The notes under the pieces are model-generated. The model made no database searches. It saw nothing but the letters and a program-made list of their open reading frames with translations, and was not told the origin of the DNA. Shown here in pieces: positions 37,640-50,517 of a stretch of DNA of 64,000 nucleotides (the first letter of the stretch is position 1; each line of letters begins with the position of its first letter). Source of the stretch: Camelus ferus (Eukaryota); assembly GCF_009834535.1 (NCBI RefSeq), contig NC_045707.1, forward strand, positions 48,176,001-48,240,000, read 5' to 3'. A program made the position numbers and the translations under genes.

Positions 37640-38500
37640 GAAAATAGCAACAAAATAAGCTAAAAAAAAGTATAGGGTAGAATAATGGAATTGAAGAAAT
37701 ATATAAAATAGAACGTGAACATTTGCTGGAGACAGCCAACAAAAACAAATTTTGATTCTTTGGGAAAACTCATAAAATAAAATTTTGACAAATTTGAGTC
37801 AGAAAAAAGGAGGAAAATAGAAACAATATTAGAAATGAAAAATGTAAGTCAGTACAGATAGTAAAGATGCAGCAAAAGTAACATATGTAATGAAAATGTG
37901 AACAACTTTATATTAATATGTTTGGAAACCTCTAACAGGCACATCACAGAAAAACTATAATTACTAAAGTTGATGCATAAAGATACAGAAACTTGAATTC
38001 TCCTTAAGGATCAATGAAATGGAAACAGTAGTTAAAAATATTCTCACACACAAAAAGGATTAAAAACTCTAGGTTCAGATCCTTAAAAAAAAAAAAAAGA
38101 TAATTCCTGTTGTTTGCTTGTTTAGTTTTTGCACCCTTGACTTTAAACATTTCATACATACCTGTTTTATATTCTGTACCTAATAATTCCAGTATCTATA
38201 GTTCTTAAAGGAGGAGGCGTCAATAACTTTTTTTCTTTTTTCTTTTTCCTGTTGATGCTCTCTCTTTGTAGCTTGCCTTCTTGTGTACTTGGTGTTCTGT
38301 GATTTTGAACTTTCTTTGGTTTTAGTATGTGTGACATCCATATGAGGGTACCTTTCTTCCAGAGAAGGTTTGCTTTTATTTTTACAAACAGACAGGAGAC
38401 ACCCCTGACTTGGGATCATTTTAGCCTTAAGAGTTTAGGCTCAGCAGTAGAGTACCAGACTTCACCACCTGTGTGCTAGCCTGCGGCTCAGTATCCCAGT
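37640..38500. mobile_element. Old L1 fragments (+ ORF2 piece to about 38100, - piece beyond)
   Basis: tttgattctttgggaaaact...ttagaaatgaaaa...tgtgaacaactttat are L1 ORF2 motifs. Confidence 0.6.
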
Positions 38501-38843
38501 AGCCCTGGTGCTAGGGGATCCGTGCTTCAGGTAAGTGCCCCACCCACATCCACCTCCCAGCTGTTCCAATGTGAGCTCCCCTCTAGTTCTGCCCTAGCTA
38601 ACCCTTTTTTGGGGGGGTGGGGGGGGGAGCGGGAGGAGTCACAAAACTCTCCCTTCAATTTGAAAATCAACAATCCCTGACAGTGTCTTAGGTAAAGTTT
38701 AATTGTGAACATGGGAGCAGAGGAAGGGGTTTTGGGATGTAAGGGAAGCTTCAAAGCTACAGGAAAGTTTTATTTCTGAAGCTGAATTGTGGGTACAGGA
38801 GGCTTATTTTATTTATATAATGTATTAGTATTATTCTTTAAAA

Positions 38844-39629
38844 TTTTTTAATATTTAAATTTAAATTTTTTTATTGTAGTACAGTCAGTTTACAATGTTG
38901 TATCAACTTCTGGTGTAGAGCATAATGTTTCAGTTATACATACATGTATTTGTTTTCATATTTTTTATTATAAGCTACTACAAGATATTGAATATAGTTC
39001 CCTGTGCTATATAGAAGAAATTTATTTATATATTTTTATATATAGTAGTTAGTAGTTAGAATCTCAATTTATTCTTTCCCACCTCCCTTCTCCTCTGGTA
39101 ACCATAAGTGTGTTTTCTATGTCTGTGATTCTGTTTCTGTTTTGTAAATAAGTTCATTTCTGTCTTTCCACATATAAGTGATATCATATGGTATTTTTCT
39201 TTCTTTTTCTGGCTTACTTCACTTAGAATGACGATCTCCAGGTCCACCCATGTTGCTGTAAATGACATTATTTTATTCTTTTTAATGTATTTTACATATT
39301 TATTGTCTATATATACCACAACTTCTTTATCCAGTCATCTGTTGATGAATGTTTAAGTTGTTTCCATGTCTTGGCTGTTGTAAATAGTGCTGCTATGAAC
39401 ATTGGGGCGCATGTATCTTTTCGAATTAAGAGTTCCCTCCAGATATATGCCTAGGCATGGGATTGCTGGATCATATGGTAAGTCTGTTGTTAGTTTTTTG
39501 AGGAATCTCTATACTGTTTCCATTTGGCTGCACCAAACTACATTCCCACCAACAGTGTAGGAGGGCTCCCTTTTCTCCACACCATCTCCAGCATTTTATC
39601 ATTTGTGGGCTTTTTAATGATGGCCATTG
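38844..39629 (-). mobile_element. 5'-truncated artiodactyl-type L1 with TSD
   Basis: ORF 39056-39319 (IKKNKIMSFTATWVDLEIVILSEVSQ...YHMISLICG); TSD ttagtattatt at 38825-38835 and 39630-39640. Confidence 0.95.
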
Positions 39630-39699
39630 TTAGTATTATTACTTAAAAATAATTATAGATGATACTCTTTTGTATGTATCATATATTTTATGAGAAGCT

Positions 39700-39828
39700 A
39701 AAAAAACCCAAAAAGCCTAACAGTGGTTTCACTAAAATCTCTCTACGACATTGAGAGAACACTAACACATCAGCAGCAACACTGTGTACAACACGGCACC
39801 GACTAAAGATGGTGTCCCTGGCACAGAG
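39700..39828 (+). ncRNA. Candidate exon; 3' end defined, 5' end uncertain
   Basis: Near-consensus donor GAG|gtgagt at 39828/39829, preceded by CpG-retaining unique sequence; no clear acceptor found. Confidence 0.35.
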
Positions 39829-41029
39829 GTGAGTGCTGTAGAAAACAGTACTGGCCCAACTGGAGACATGCTGGATTGAGCTGGGTAGAAGGAGGAAAAT
39901 GTGAAGGACGTATGGTAGACTTGCAGGTCTGTTCATTTGGTACCTATGAGATGACTCCTGGGAACTTCAGTATGAATTTGAGAGGAACTTGCAGTGAAGT
40001 TCTCACAGATATAGTGGGAACAGATCAGAGAAATACGGTACACAGTGAGTCTACAAGCTATTGTGGCCCTGGGTTCATGGATTATGCAAATTGTACATAA
40101 TAATAGCCTTGATTCTCCTTCTGGTCTTGGGAGCAACCTTAAAATTTTTGCTTCTGTCTACTACCAGCTTCCACTGATCTTTTCTCTTGTGTTTCAATTC
40201 TCTATACTCCTCTTTGGTTGCCCAGTAACATACCATGGAGAAGCAATTTGCAAAATGGAGCCATGGTGCTTAGAAACATTCATTCCACTCTTAGGGAGAA
40301 CACTTTGCTCTCAGGGTGTGGTTTTCTTTTTTCATCATAGGCTTAGGAACATTAACATAGCAGCATAGCAAAGATATCTGTTAAAATTCTTATCTATGGG
40401 TCAGGATATTAAAATGCCATGTAATTGGAGCTCCTGTTTAGAAATATTAATAACTATTGCATTGAAAACCAACCTAGTAATAAATGAGAAAACAGCAAGC
40501 CAGGAGGGTTTGTATAATTTCACTCAATTCTATGTTCTATTCAATTTCCCAGGCAAAAAATAAATTATGTTTGAAAATCAGTCATGCAATATTTCTGGCC
40601 ACTCTTCACGAAAGAGGATTATCTGTTACAATTCTCTGAGGCTTTAACCCCATGTGACATAGTAACAATTTAGGACAGAGCTGTAAGCCAGGCTTACATA
40701 GGCAAGAGGCAGCCAGGCATGATTTGAGGGGTTCCAAGGGCTGCCCACCACAAAGTATGAACTCTCCCTGCTATCTTCCTGTTGTTTCTGAAAGGTGGAT
40801 TCATGCTCTCAATGTCTTCTGAAGTTGAAAGCTTTTTTGTCTTTGTCGTTTGCTTATCAATAATGTGTCTTTTTAATTATCCATGAGGAATATCCAGTTT
40901 ACAAACCAAAAAAGAGTATTTTCTGATGTCTGTCACTTGCTGCTCTCACCTGGCAGACAAACTAATTATGAATGACTTGGCTACACGGGAGGGTAGTGAT
41001 GGCAGCAGTGGTGGTTGTTATTGTTGCTT

Positions 41030-41495
41030 CAATTGAAGTAAAACTTGCGCAAAGTGAAGCAGTGTTCAGTGTTCAACTCAATAAATTTTTATACAGGTGT
41101 ATGGTCAAGTAGCCAGCACCCTGAAGCTCGTTCCTTTCCCTTTCCAGTCAATACACAGCTCTGTCTCCCCTCCCACACACACCAAAAGGTAAACACTATT
41201 CTGACTTTTAATCACCATAGCCTGGCTTTGCCTATTTTAGGACTTTTTATAAGTAGAATCGTTCAGTATGGACTCTTTGGTGTCTGTTTTTTTCAGCTTC
41301 ACATTATACGTGTGAGATTCATTCATACTGTTGCACATATCAGTGGTTTGTTCTTTTTCATTGCCATATATTCTTCTACAGATATACTACAATTTAACCA
41401 TTCTACTGATGGTAGACATTTGGGTTGTTTCTAGTTTTTGATTATTTTAAATATGAGCATTTTTGTACATATTATCTTGGTGGACATGTGTATGT
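41030..41495 (-). mobile_element. Old L1 3' region (L1MB/ME-like)
   Basis: aacactattctgactttt...tgtgagattcattcatactgttgca...gatggtagacatttgggttgtttctagtttttg. Confidence 0.8.
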
Positions 41496-41915
41496 CCTAA
41501 CAGCTTACACCAGCACTTAGCTGAGGTAGGAAGGACCATGTCCATAAATATATTTCTGTATCTAAACACTGCTGTGAAGGTAATACTGAGAGTGGGCATA
41601 TCGAGGGCAGGGAGCTAGGTGCATGGGAAGATAAGATACCAAAGCTGAATAGACATGAAGTCTAGAAACGGTGGTACTGAGGACTGACATGTGTGTATCT
41701 TGGATTATATCCCGATTCTGGGGTAGAAAATTAGAATCTGCTATGCCTAAGCAGATGAAATCTGAGAGACAGACCATTAAAGTGTGTAACCTACACAGGA
41801 TTTGTCTGCAAGGATTTTTTTGGGTTTTGTTTTTTTGAACAGTGCTCATTTGAATAAATTCCCCTTTTGCACGTCTAGCATTCTATTCTTACCATCTTCC
41901 TTTTGTTCATTTTAG

Positions 41916-41935
41916 AGACACAAAGTCGAGGTTAA

Positions 41936-41974
<39 letters not shown>

Positions 41975-41982
41975 CTGCCTTA

Positions 41983-42015
<33 letters not shown>

Positions 42016-42740
42016 ACTGACATATTTCAAAGCAAGGGGGCTGACTTAATTAGCCAGAATAGAAGCAAGGATAAATAAAGGGATTTCTGAGAAAACAAAT
42101 TTCAGTTTGTTTGTGGGCATGCATGCCAAAGCAAAAAAGTTTTGAAGGCAGCTAAGGCTTTGGGCAAATTCTAATAACACTGAAGGGTGAGGAAATAGGC
42201 AAGGAAGCAAACAATGTGATTCTGACATCCTGCTGGTGATTCAGAAAATTCTGATTCAAAAACAAGGATTATTTTCAAAGGCCTTTTGACAGAGCTGCCA
42301 GCTCCTCAGCTGTCAGCCACTCTCCAGAGACCCTAATGAGCTCTTCCTTGTCAGGGCTTTCTGTCTAAACAAGAAATTGCTAGTCTCTCTATCTGCCACC
42401 CCACAGTGAAGGCACCTACCTTTGCTTTGCATAGTATAAATTATTATTTAATGTAAACACTTGTTCAGGTTGATCAGTAGGTTGTTTCTGTCAACCTACA
42501 TCAATGTGGTCTTTAATGCGTCAACGACTCAACAGCAGAGTATATGTGTAAACAGGTGGTCAGAAAGAGCTTTTCTGTTGAGAAACTAATAGGTATTTCT
42601 TCTAAAGAAGTTGCTGTAACTATCTTTAGGATTTAAGATTCCTGAAGCTCTTTTAGATGGTCAGAATACTTTACCTTATTCTCCTCAGTAACAGCAAATC
42701 ATAATAAGGGGCAATAAAGCTGACATCCCAGAGAAAGAAT
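41916..42740 (+). ncRNA. Candidate terminal exon
   Basis: Acceptor catcttccttttgttcattttag|A at 41915/41916; AATAAA at 42713-42718 (another near 42074); a weak donor GAG|gttaat at 41930 would instead give a 15-nt microexon. Confidence 0.35.
41938..42017. repeat. (TG)16 and (AC)14 microsatellites in inverted arrangement, 11-nt spacer
   Basis: TG tract 41938-41970, spacer atgtctgcctt, AC tract 41982-42009. Confidence 0.95.
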
Positions 42741-43459
42741 GCTTTAAATATATTTAATCAGTCTCATTGCTCCTTCTCTACACTATCCAAGATCCTGGCC
42801 CAATTCTATATATAGAGCTTTAAATATAAAATTTCAGTTTTGGAATTCAGAAACTCTTTTTTAAATGGACCTTTGTTATTAGATAACACAAAGAGCATCA
42901 TTTTCTAAAATAAGCTTTTTGGCTAATTTCTTCATATTCTTTGAGAAAAAAAAAATTCACTGTCTTCTTTTCTCTCCTCCACATTAAATGGTGTTTTCCC
43001 ATCTTCAGTTTTCACATTCTTCCTCAGTAGAGCCTGGGGGTCAAGAGCATGCACTTTGGAGTAATTCAAACCTGGGTTTCAGTTCTGGCCGAATTCTTCT
43101 TGGTTCTCTTTTCTGACATTCATTCCTTGTCTGTCATCTGATGTGTCATCAGTGTATTTGGAATTAACTCCTACTCTACTCTGTTGTGACGTTTCCTTTT
43201 CTTTGATTAAAGTCTCTTCAGACATCCCAATTTTCTTAGTAAATTTGCCTCACATTTGAGAAAAAGAGAAACTACCCATTTCATTAAAAAAGATGAAAAA
43301 ACTATTACAACCTCCTCCAAAATGCTCAAACAAACTATATTTTTTAAAGTTTGTTTCTACAGTCAAATAAAACAATTAAAAAAAAAACAGAAAACAAAAG
43401 AGAAGGAGAAAGAAAGAAAGAATAAAAGCATTCAGTGTCTACATTTTACAACCTTGAGT

Positions 43460-45495
43460 CTGACCTCTGGTATGGTCTTACTAATCCAACCTTCCTATAG
43501 ATAATAATTATAACTCTGGACAAAACTTTTAAAATAATTTTTACTGCACTGGAGAATAAAGAAAGTTGAGTAAATTCTGGGCAGAAATTGATCCTTGAAT
43601 AAAAGGAATGGCATGTGTGAGTGTCCCATTTTTACAAGTGGAACCAGTCTTTCTGGCCTGAAAGTTGAGAGGACAGAGAATAAGGACATCACAGCTGCTG
43701 GGAAAGTGAAGGGAGGGGGAATCCAGGAAAGAAGAGAACCAGAGATGAGAGATTCTAAATTCTGTGTATAAATGCTGCCCAAACCTTAGACTGACTCCTG
43801 AACTATACATTTGTGGGACAGCCTTAAAACAGTCCAACTGAGGATAAAAGAATAAAACTGATACTTTGCCAACTCAAAAGACAGAATTTTCAGGGGGAGG
43901 GTATAACTCAGTGGTAGAGTGCCTGCCTAGCATGAATGAGGTTCAATCCCTAGTACCTCCATTAAAAAAAAGAAGAAGAAGAAAATAAACCCAATTACTG
44001 CCCCATTAAAAAAAAAAAAAAGACAGAATTTTCAGTTTGAGAGTAGCAAAATCAATTGCTTAGTAAAATAACAACAAAAATCTTATTTTATCTAATCAAA
44101 TCTTATTAAATCTGATTTTTGCTAAAATAAGAATAACAAAAATCATTGTTAGATTATTTACTACATTCAGAACATAATTAAACATTATTTGATGTACACA
44201 GATTTGGGAAATATGGGTCAGTATGAAGAGAAAAGATAATCAATCAAGACTAACCTAAAGAATAACCAGATGTTGGAATTAGCAGACTAAGGAATTTAAA
44301 GCATCTATTACAATTAAATGCAATAAAATAGAGGCAAATATACACATAAGAAATGAAAAATAATAAACTCCGAGGAGAAATTAAAACTGTATCCAAGAAC
44401 CGTATGTAAATTATATAACTAAAAACTTCAAATCTAAAATTAAAATGTACTGCATACGCTAGCAGGAGAATAGAAATGATAGAGAAATAAATTAGTCAAC
44501 TTTAATATTGAGCAATATAAGGTATTCAATCTGAGGAACAAAACAAAACAAAATAAAACAGAGTTCCAGGGACCTGAGGAACAATGTAAAAAGATATAGT
44601 ATATATATATATAGCTGGAGTTCTAAAGGGCGAAGAAGGAATGGGGTGATAAATATCTTTTAAGAAATAATGGCCAAATATTTTTACCAATTTGGCGAAA
44701 GACAAAGTTTCTGATGTAAGAAACTCAGTAAATCTAAAAAGGTCAAATGGAAAGAAAACCACACTTATGTGACATCACAGTCAATCCGCTACAAAAATCA
44801 AAGTTGAGAAGAATGTCTTGAGAGCAGCTAAAGAAAAATGACACATTATATACAGTGGAATAATGATCAGTGTTTACTAATTTCTCAACAAAAACTATGA
44901 AGGCCAGAAGACAGTATAACAGCACACTGACAGTGCTGAAAGAGGGAAACATCAACCCAGAATTCTGTCTTCAGGAAAAAAAAAAAAAAAATCTAAATAT
45001 CCTTCATGAAATAGAACAAAATAAAAACCTTTTCACCTAAAAGAAAAATAAAAAGTAAAGGGAATCAAATTACCAAGTGGGCCTGTGCTACAAAAAAAGG
45101 CTAAAGGAAATGCTTCAGAATTAGGGGAAATGATAGCAGATAGAAACTTGGATCTTCAGGAAGCAATTAAAAGCATTAGAAAAAGTCTGGATAAACATAA
45201 AGACTGTGCCATTCTTAATTTCTTTGAAATATATAACTGTTAAAGGGAAAAGTTACAATATTGTTTATGAGGTATTTACTGTATGAGGAGGCAATGAATA
45301 TGACAATCGTAATGTAAGGGACAGGAAAAAGGGGTGAATGGCCCTATATAGTCTGCATTTTATGTGGAGTAGCACAATATTAACTCTAAGAAGACTGTGG
45401 AAAGTTAGAGGTGTATATTGTAATTCCAAAGAAGTCACTAAAAAATCACTGAAAAATAACACCAAGAAGCATAGCTGAAAGCCAATAAACACATC
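43460..45495 (+). mobile_element. Decayed L1 5'UTR/ORF1 region, interrupted by a SINE
   Basis: accagatgttggaattagcagactaagga, aagaaataatggccaaa, aaactatgaaggccagaagacagt and caacccagaattct are L1 ORF1 motifs. Confidence 0.8.
43894..44017 (+). mobile_element. Camelid tRNA-derived SINE (Vic-1 type)
   Basis: ggggagggtataactcagtggtagag...ggttcaatccc, A-rich tail; perfect TSD aaaagacagaattttcag at 43876-43893 and 44018-44035. Confidence 0.9.
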
Positions 45496-46139
45496 CAAAT
45501 TCTCATCAAATTTGGATTGTAAAATACTTGAAAAATACTTGATACAATATAATTTAATTATGTTTTCCCATTCTGAATCTGCACATTAGCTTAGGGGGAA
45601 AAAAAGGTGCATTTGAAGAAGGCTTAAGATGAGTGCTATTTATTTTGATTTAAGACCAAACAGAGTATTCTTGATGGAGACTTCTGTGGTCGAGTCAAAA
45701 AAAGAATTTGTGGTTCAAAATTTCGGTTTTAACTTCTAAAACTAAAACCATCTGCTCTGTCCCATGAAAATCTTTTTGACCTTGTTTCCCTTGCCCCATA
45801 TTTAGTGCGCCCCTGGGAGAGGGTTTCCATCTCCCTTTATTCCCATTCACACACTAGGAGCAAATCTAGAAGCTCATGGGAAGGAAGTGTATGGATATCA
45901 CTGGGAAAATAAACAAACAGGCCTGAAATTCCTGGAACACCCATGTATTTTTTCTAAGAATAGATGAAATAATAAATTATGACCATTATTTTAAACCAAA
46001 TATGACAATCAAGGGCACAGAGATCACATCTGTAAGGTATCTACCTATCTCATTTAGAAATGGTGAAAATATGCAAATTCCTTTTTTGTTCAGAATATTT
46101 TTGATATACCTGTACTTTGTATACCCATATTCATATTTA

Positions 46140-46623
46140 CACTTGGTCCTCTGTATCCATGAGTTCTGCAGCTGCATATTCAACCAAACTCAGATCAAAA
46201 ATATTATTTAAAAAATTCCAGATGATTCCAAAAAGAAAAACTTGAATTTTGTGCACTGGCAACTATTTACATAACATTACATTGTATTTACAACTATTTC
46301 ATAGCATTTACATTAGGTGTTATAAGTAGTCTAGAGATGATTTAAAGTACAGTCATCTTCTGTTATCTGTGGGGAATTGGTTCCAGGAGCCCCTGTGGAT
46401 ATCAAAATCCACAGATGTTAAAGTCCCTTTTATAAAATGGTGTAGTACATACCTGTGGATGGGAAACCTGTAGATATGGAGGACTGACTGTGTGTGGGAG
46501 GATGTACCTAGATTATATATGCAAATACTACACTGTTTTATAAAAGGGACTTGAGCATCCTTGAACTTTGCTATCTTCAGGGGGTCCTGGAACCAATCCC
46601 CTGTGGATATCAAGGGATAACTC
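46140..46623. mobile_element. MER2 (TcMar-Tigger) containing a shorter, inverted MER2-like element at 46350-46490
   Basis: Outer ends cacttggtcctctgtatcc and ggatatcaagggataactc flanked by TA; inner ends cagtcatcttctg and gatatggaggactgactg, starting right after aaagTA. Confidence 0.85.
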
Positions 46624-47324
46624 TATATACATAAAGGAGAAATATGCCCATTCCTGTCCAAAATAAAGCAAAAGAATGTTACAATATGATTTCACCATGG
46701 GTGACTGTCAGAGTTGGATTTTGTTATGAAGGGTTGGAGGTTGTAAGTAAATTTGCATCTGGATTTACAATCTACCCAGAACATTTTTCCACTCTTATGG
46801 ACTAAGAGGGGAAGAAAGATCAGAAATGCCTTCCCTCTTACGGAGTACTTCCTTGATGTTTCCTGGGGAGAATTAATTACAGTCTTGGCATAACCCCTCT
46901 ATCGGCTTCTCCCTGCTCCTTCTCTTCCTATCCGTGAATGAGAAATTCCAGCTTGAGGGCTCAGAAAAATTGAAACAGCTACAGTGCAAATAATATCTAA
47001 AAGCTATTTGTGTATTATATTAACCAGGGAATAAGTGCACATGAAACCTTTTTAACTGTTTTGTTTTGGAGATTTTTAAAAGTGGTTTTAGTTCTAGCTG
47101 TATTCAGCACTGTTTTTCTTGTATTCTTCTCCTCTCATGCTTAAAAGAATCAAGGACCATTTCAACCCAGAGAGAGAAATTTCATCCCCAACACTTTCAT
47201 GACTTGTTGTCTCTGCCAGAAACTTAATTCTCAACATGAAAGATACAGTAAGTAAAGCTGTAAGTTAAGATCTATAGGAGAATGACGGTTCTCAAGTTTT
47301 ATTACACGAGATGAAATTGCCATT

Positions 47325-47520
47325 TGACTCTGTCCCTAGTCTGTAATCTTGACTAGTTACTCCGCTTCTTTAAGCCTTGGTTTTCCAACCTTTAAAATAG
47401 GGCACTGATGGTATCCATGCCGTAGTTACCTGCACATATTACATCAAATGAATAATTAAAAGTACTCAACACAATGTCTACCACATCATAAGCAGTCTAT
47501 AAATGTTCACTATTATCATC
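47325..47520 (+). mobile_element. MIR SINE
   Basis: ctgtaatcttgactagttact...aagccttggttttccaacctttaaaataggg...ataaatgttcactattat. Confidence 0.7.
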
Positions 47521-48324
47521 ATATTTCTGTACATTTGACTTTTTTCATCTCAAGTAATTTCCTTTCAGGATTTTTTGCAAAAACAAAACAACAACAACAA
47601 CAATAAAAAAAACCCAAAGTCACTGTTAGCTCATCCCACCAAGCATCCGTTAATAATGCAGATAGACAGGTTCATGTTTTGCAGGCAGAGGCCCAAATTA
47701 CCCATAGCCTTGTCCAAAAGACAGGATAAAAGTCAGCAGGTTGAATTTTTTCCAAACTTCAGCTTGTAGCCTAGAGCATCGTGGATCCTCAGCTGCTTCA
47801 GCAGAAATCCAAGTTTAGCTGATTTAAAAGAAAAATTATAAGCTACTCTCATTCAACAGTAACGTCAAAAATGTATTCTGAAGTGGATTTTTGTGCTACT
47901 CTTGATTTATGAATGTATAAGAAATAACAGAAAATGTAAAAATATTCATAGTATGATTTCACATTTCTTAATCCTCACAAAGGTGTACACTATGTGTATA
48001 TATTTCTTGACAACAAATCACTTATATATCATAGTGAGATGAATATAATAGAATTTCCAAAATACAATTAATTTGAAACATGTATATTTGGTAAAACTTA
48101 AAGTCCATTTGCCACCATGAACAGAGAGATGACCCACTAAATTCCAAATGATTCCTCTGTGATACTGCCTCCAAATGTCTCTTTCTTCCACTTTGATTGA
48201 AAGTCATCATTTTATCATTTTTCCTCTGTATCCTGTCCTGATGTCCTTTCATCTTACAGTAAAATTTCACTTCCTTCCCCACCATCAATCATCAGAAGAC
48301 ATTTTTGGTTATCTGCTCAGCTTA

Positions 48325-48735
48325 CAACAATCCCTTCTTTCTCTGGGAATTGACTTGCCATTTACTTAGATAATTTACTCAGGAGTCATAATTTGCACGT
48401 GTAAACCTGTTCTCCTGATGAAGGTCAGTTGGAACTTGTGTGGACACTTGATTTAAGCTGAACCAATGAGATCATCCCAGAGATTCAGAACTGGGAACAA
48501 GAATCAGTCTCTGAGGGGTGGATAAATAATAATATATTGACATGTTAAAACATTTAAACTCAGGGACAGGAGGAAACCCAAGAGAGCAGAGCTGCAGAGA
48601 AAGCCAGTTAGTGGGGAAGAACAGTGAAGCTGAAATAGCAGCAGAGAAAGGGTACTGGCTTGAGTTCCTCACAACCTTTTAGGACATAGTTCCAGTTTCC
48701 TTGATAACCAGCTGTGCCTCTGCTTTAACCATGAT
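48325..48735. mobile_element. Old ERVL/MaLR-type LTR fragment
   Basis: ggacacttgatttaagctgaaccaatgagat...agttccagtttccttgataaccagctg; family uncertain. Confidence 0.45.
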
Positions 48736-49586
48736 ATATTCATTTACTCATTCAATAACTCAGTCACTACACGTTTTTTGAGTGTCCACCAGACACTGTG
48801 CTAAAAACATTTTTGCATACTTTATCTCACTGACTTTTAATTAGAAGTCCAAACCACAAACAGCCAACCAAATAACAAAACAACGGCCGACATTTAATAT
48901 ACTTTGACAACATCTCAGGAAAAATTGGAGACTTGATTGTGGCTATCATGCAGACTTCCAAGTGAAATCCCAATTGTTTTATGACAACTTTCAGCTAGGT
49001 GAGCTGAAAAAAAGTTTCTATTTATAAAACTTAGTGGGACCTTCCAAGATTGCAATGGCAAGCAGATGATAATCTCTGGTCATTACTATGACCTACTTAA
49101 AGTTTCAATAATCACCTGAGAATTTTGATGTGAGGAAGAAAAGTCACAAGGTAGCAGAAATATGATTTTTCATTTCCACTTGTGAAATGCAGCGACTAGG
49201 GATGTAAGGCTATTGGCACCTAATGCCTGACGGCGAAAGAAAAATGGATCTCCTGATCTACTGTTTCTGACTTACTATGTCTATAGAGCATAATGCTGCA
49301 AGTCTGTGGATATCAGTCTCTAGGGAAAACGTATTTTTAGATTATTTTAACTGTAAGATGTGGAGAAATTATAATTTGTTCTATGAGTAGCCAACTTTAC
49401 AAGAGAAAAGAATGTACTTATTTAGGTAGCAGGTGTAAGTCATTTGTCAGGGTAATGCTGCTTCTTTTTCCACTGAGGAAGCAGAATTGTTTGTGTTCGA
49501 TCAAGGCATTAAATGCATTGAATTCCTATAGTAAATACCAGCTAGCATGATGTGGCTTTTTGTTGGAGGGAAGGCATAGGTAGTTT

Positions 49587-50251
49587 TGAGACAGGAGGGA
49601 AGGGGGCAGGGCATAGCCTTTCAAGGAATGACAGCAATTAACACCAAAAGGGCAGAAGATTCAACTCCCAGTTGGCCTTGAGGATTAAGATGGCAGGAGG
49701 TTTGACTTCTAGTAGACCTTGTGCTTCATTATATGCTCATTGTAACATATTAGCATGATAAATAACATTTCCACAGGCACCATGACAGTCCCAAGGCTAA
49801 CCACAGAAGGTCAAAGAGTGGGCGGTGGCCCAATTCCTGGGAATCCCAGCCCCTTCTCCAGGGTAGCTGGAATAGTCCCCCCACTTGTAGGCGTGAAGCG
49901 ACTGAGCCCACAAAAACTGGCAACACCATGCCTCCTGGCCACCTCTCTCGCTCCTTCCTCTTTGGAGACAGCCCACACTCTGTCTGTGGAGTGTGTACCT
50001 ACTTTTACTTTAACCTGAGCACTCAACCCCCACACCTCAGGGCCTTTCTCTTGCTTTTGAAACAGCCTACACTCTATACAGTATGTATCTCTCTAAATAA
50101 ATCTACCTTTACTCAACTGTGGCTCACTCTTGAATTCTTTCCGGGGTGAAGCCAAGGACCCACACCTGGCGGGGCATGTCCCAGGGGCTCCACCGAGACC
50201 TTGGAACATGGCCGTCCTCATGCCCCACATCACCTACACTTCCTGAGTCCA
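49587..50251 (+). mobile_element. ERV1-class solo LTR, MER41-like (artiodactyl)
   Basis: TG...CA ends; start tgagacaggagggaagggggcagggca; ggcaccatgacagt motif; AATAAA at about 50096 followed by cttgaattctttcc...gaagccaagga, as in MER41-family LTRs. Confidence 0.75.
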
Positions 50252-50517
50252 TGTTATTACCACCCATTTAGAGTTTTTTAATCCATTACATGTCTAGTTG
50301 AGTCAAAACTGCTCAAATCTGACTTTCTCAAAGGGGTTTGTCCACACTGTTGAATTTCATATCCCCTCTCCATCCCATCTAGAATAAAATTCTAATTCCT
50401 TCCCGTACGTGGGAGACTATATCTGACTTTGGTCTAGGGCGTCTCTCTGGTCTTACTTTTCCCCACACTTCCCCTTGGCCTCAAATAGGTGCTCAAACTG
50501 AATTAGAGAAAAATAGT

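Larger units (their letters stand above)
77..42740 (+). ncRNA. RMST: Multi-exon spliced lncRNA (partial); tentatively the RMST orthologue, possibly extending past both window ends
   Basis: Seen: several + strand segments bounded by polypyrimidine-AG and GT donor sites, without a long ORF. Inference: the layout (exon cluster within about 2.3 kb, about 37 kb intron, then two exons about 2 kb apart) matches my memory of human RMST. No alignment was run. Confidence 0.5.

Noticed and set aside
39927..40043. Possible + exon (ttgcag|...ACA|gtgagt) within ORF 39876-40100
   Set aside because: Acceptor lacks a polypyrimidine tract and the donor's exonic bases are weak.
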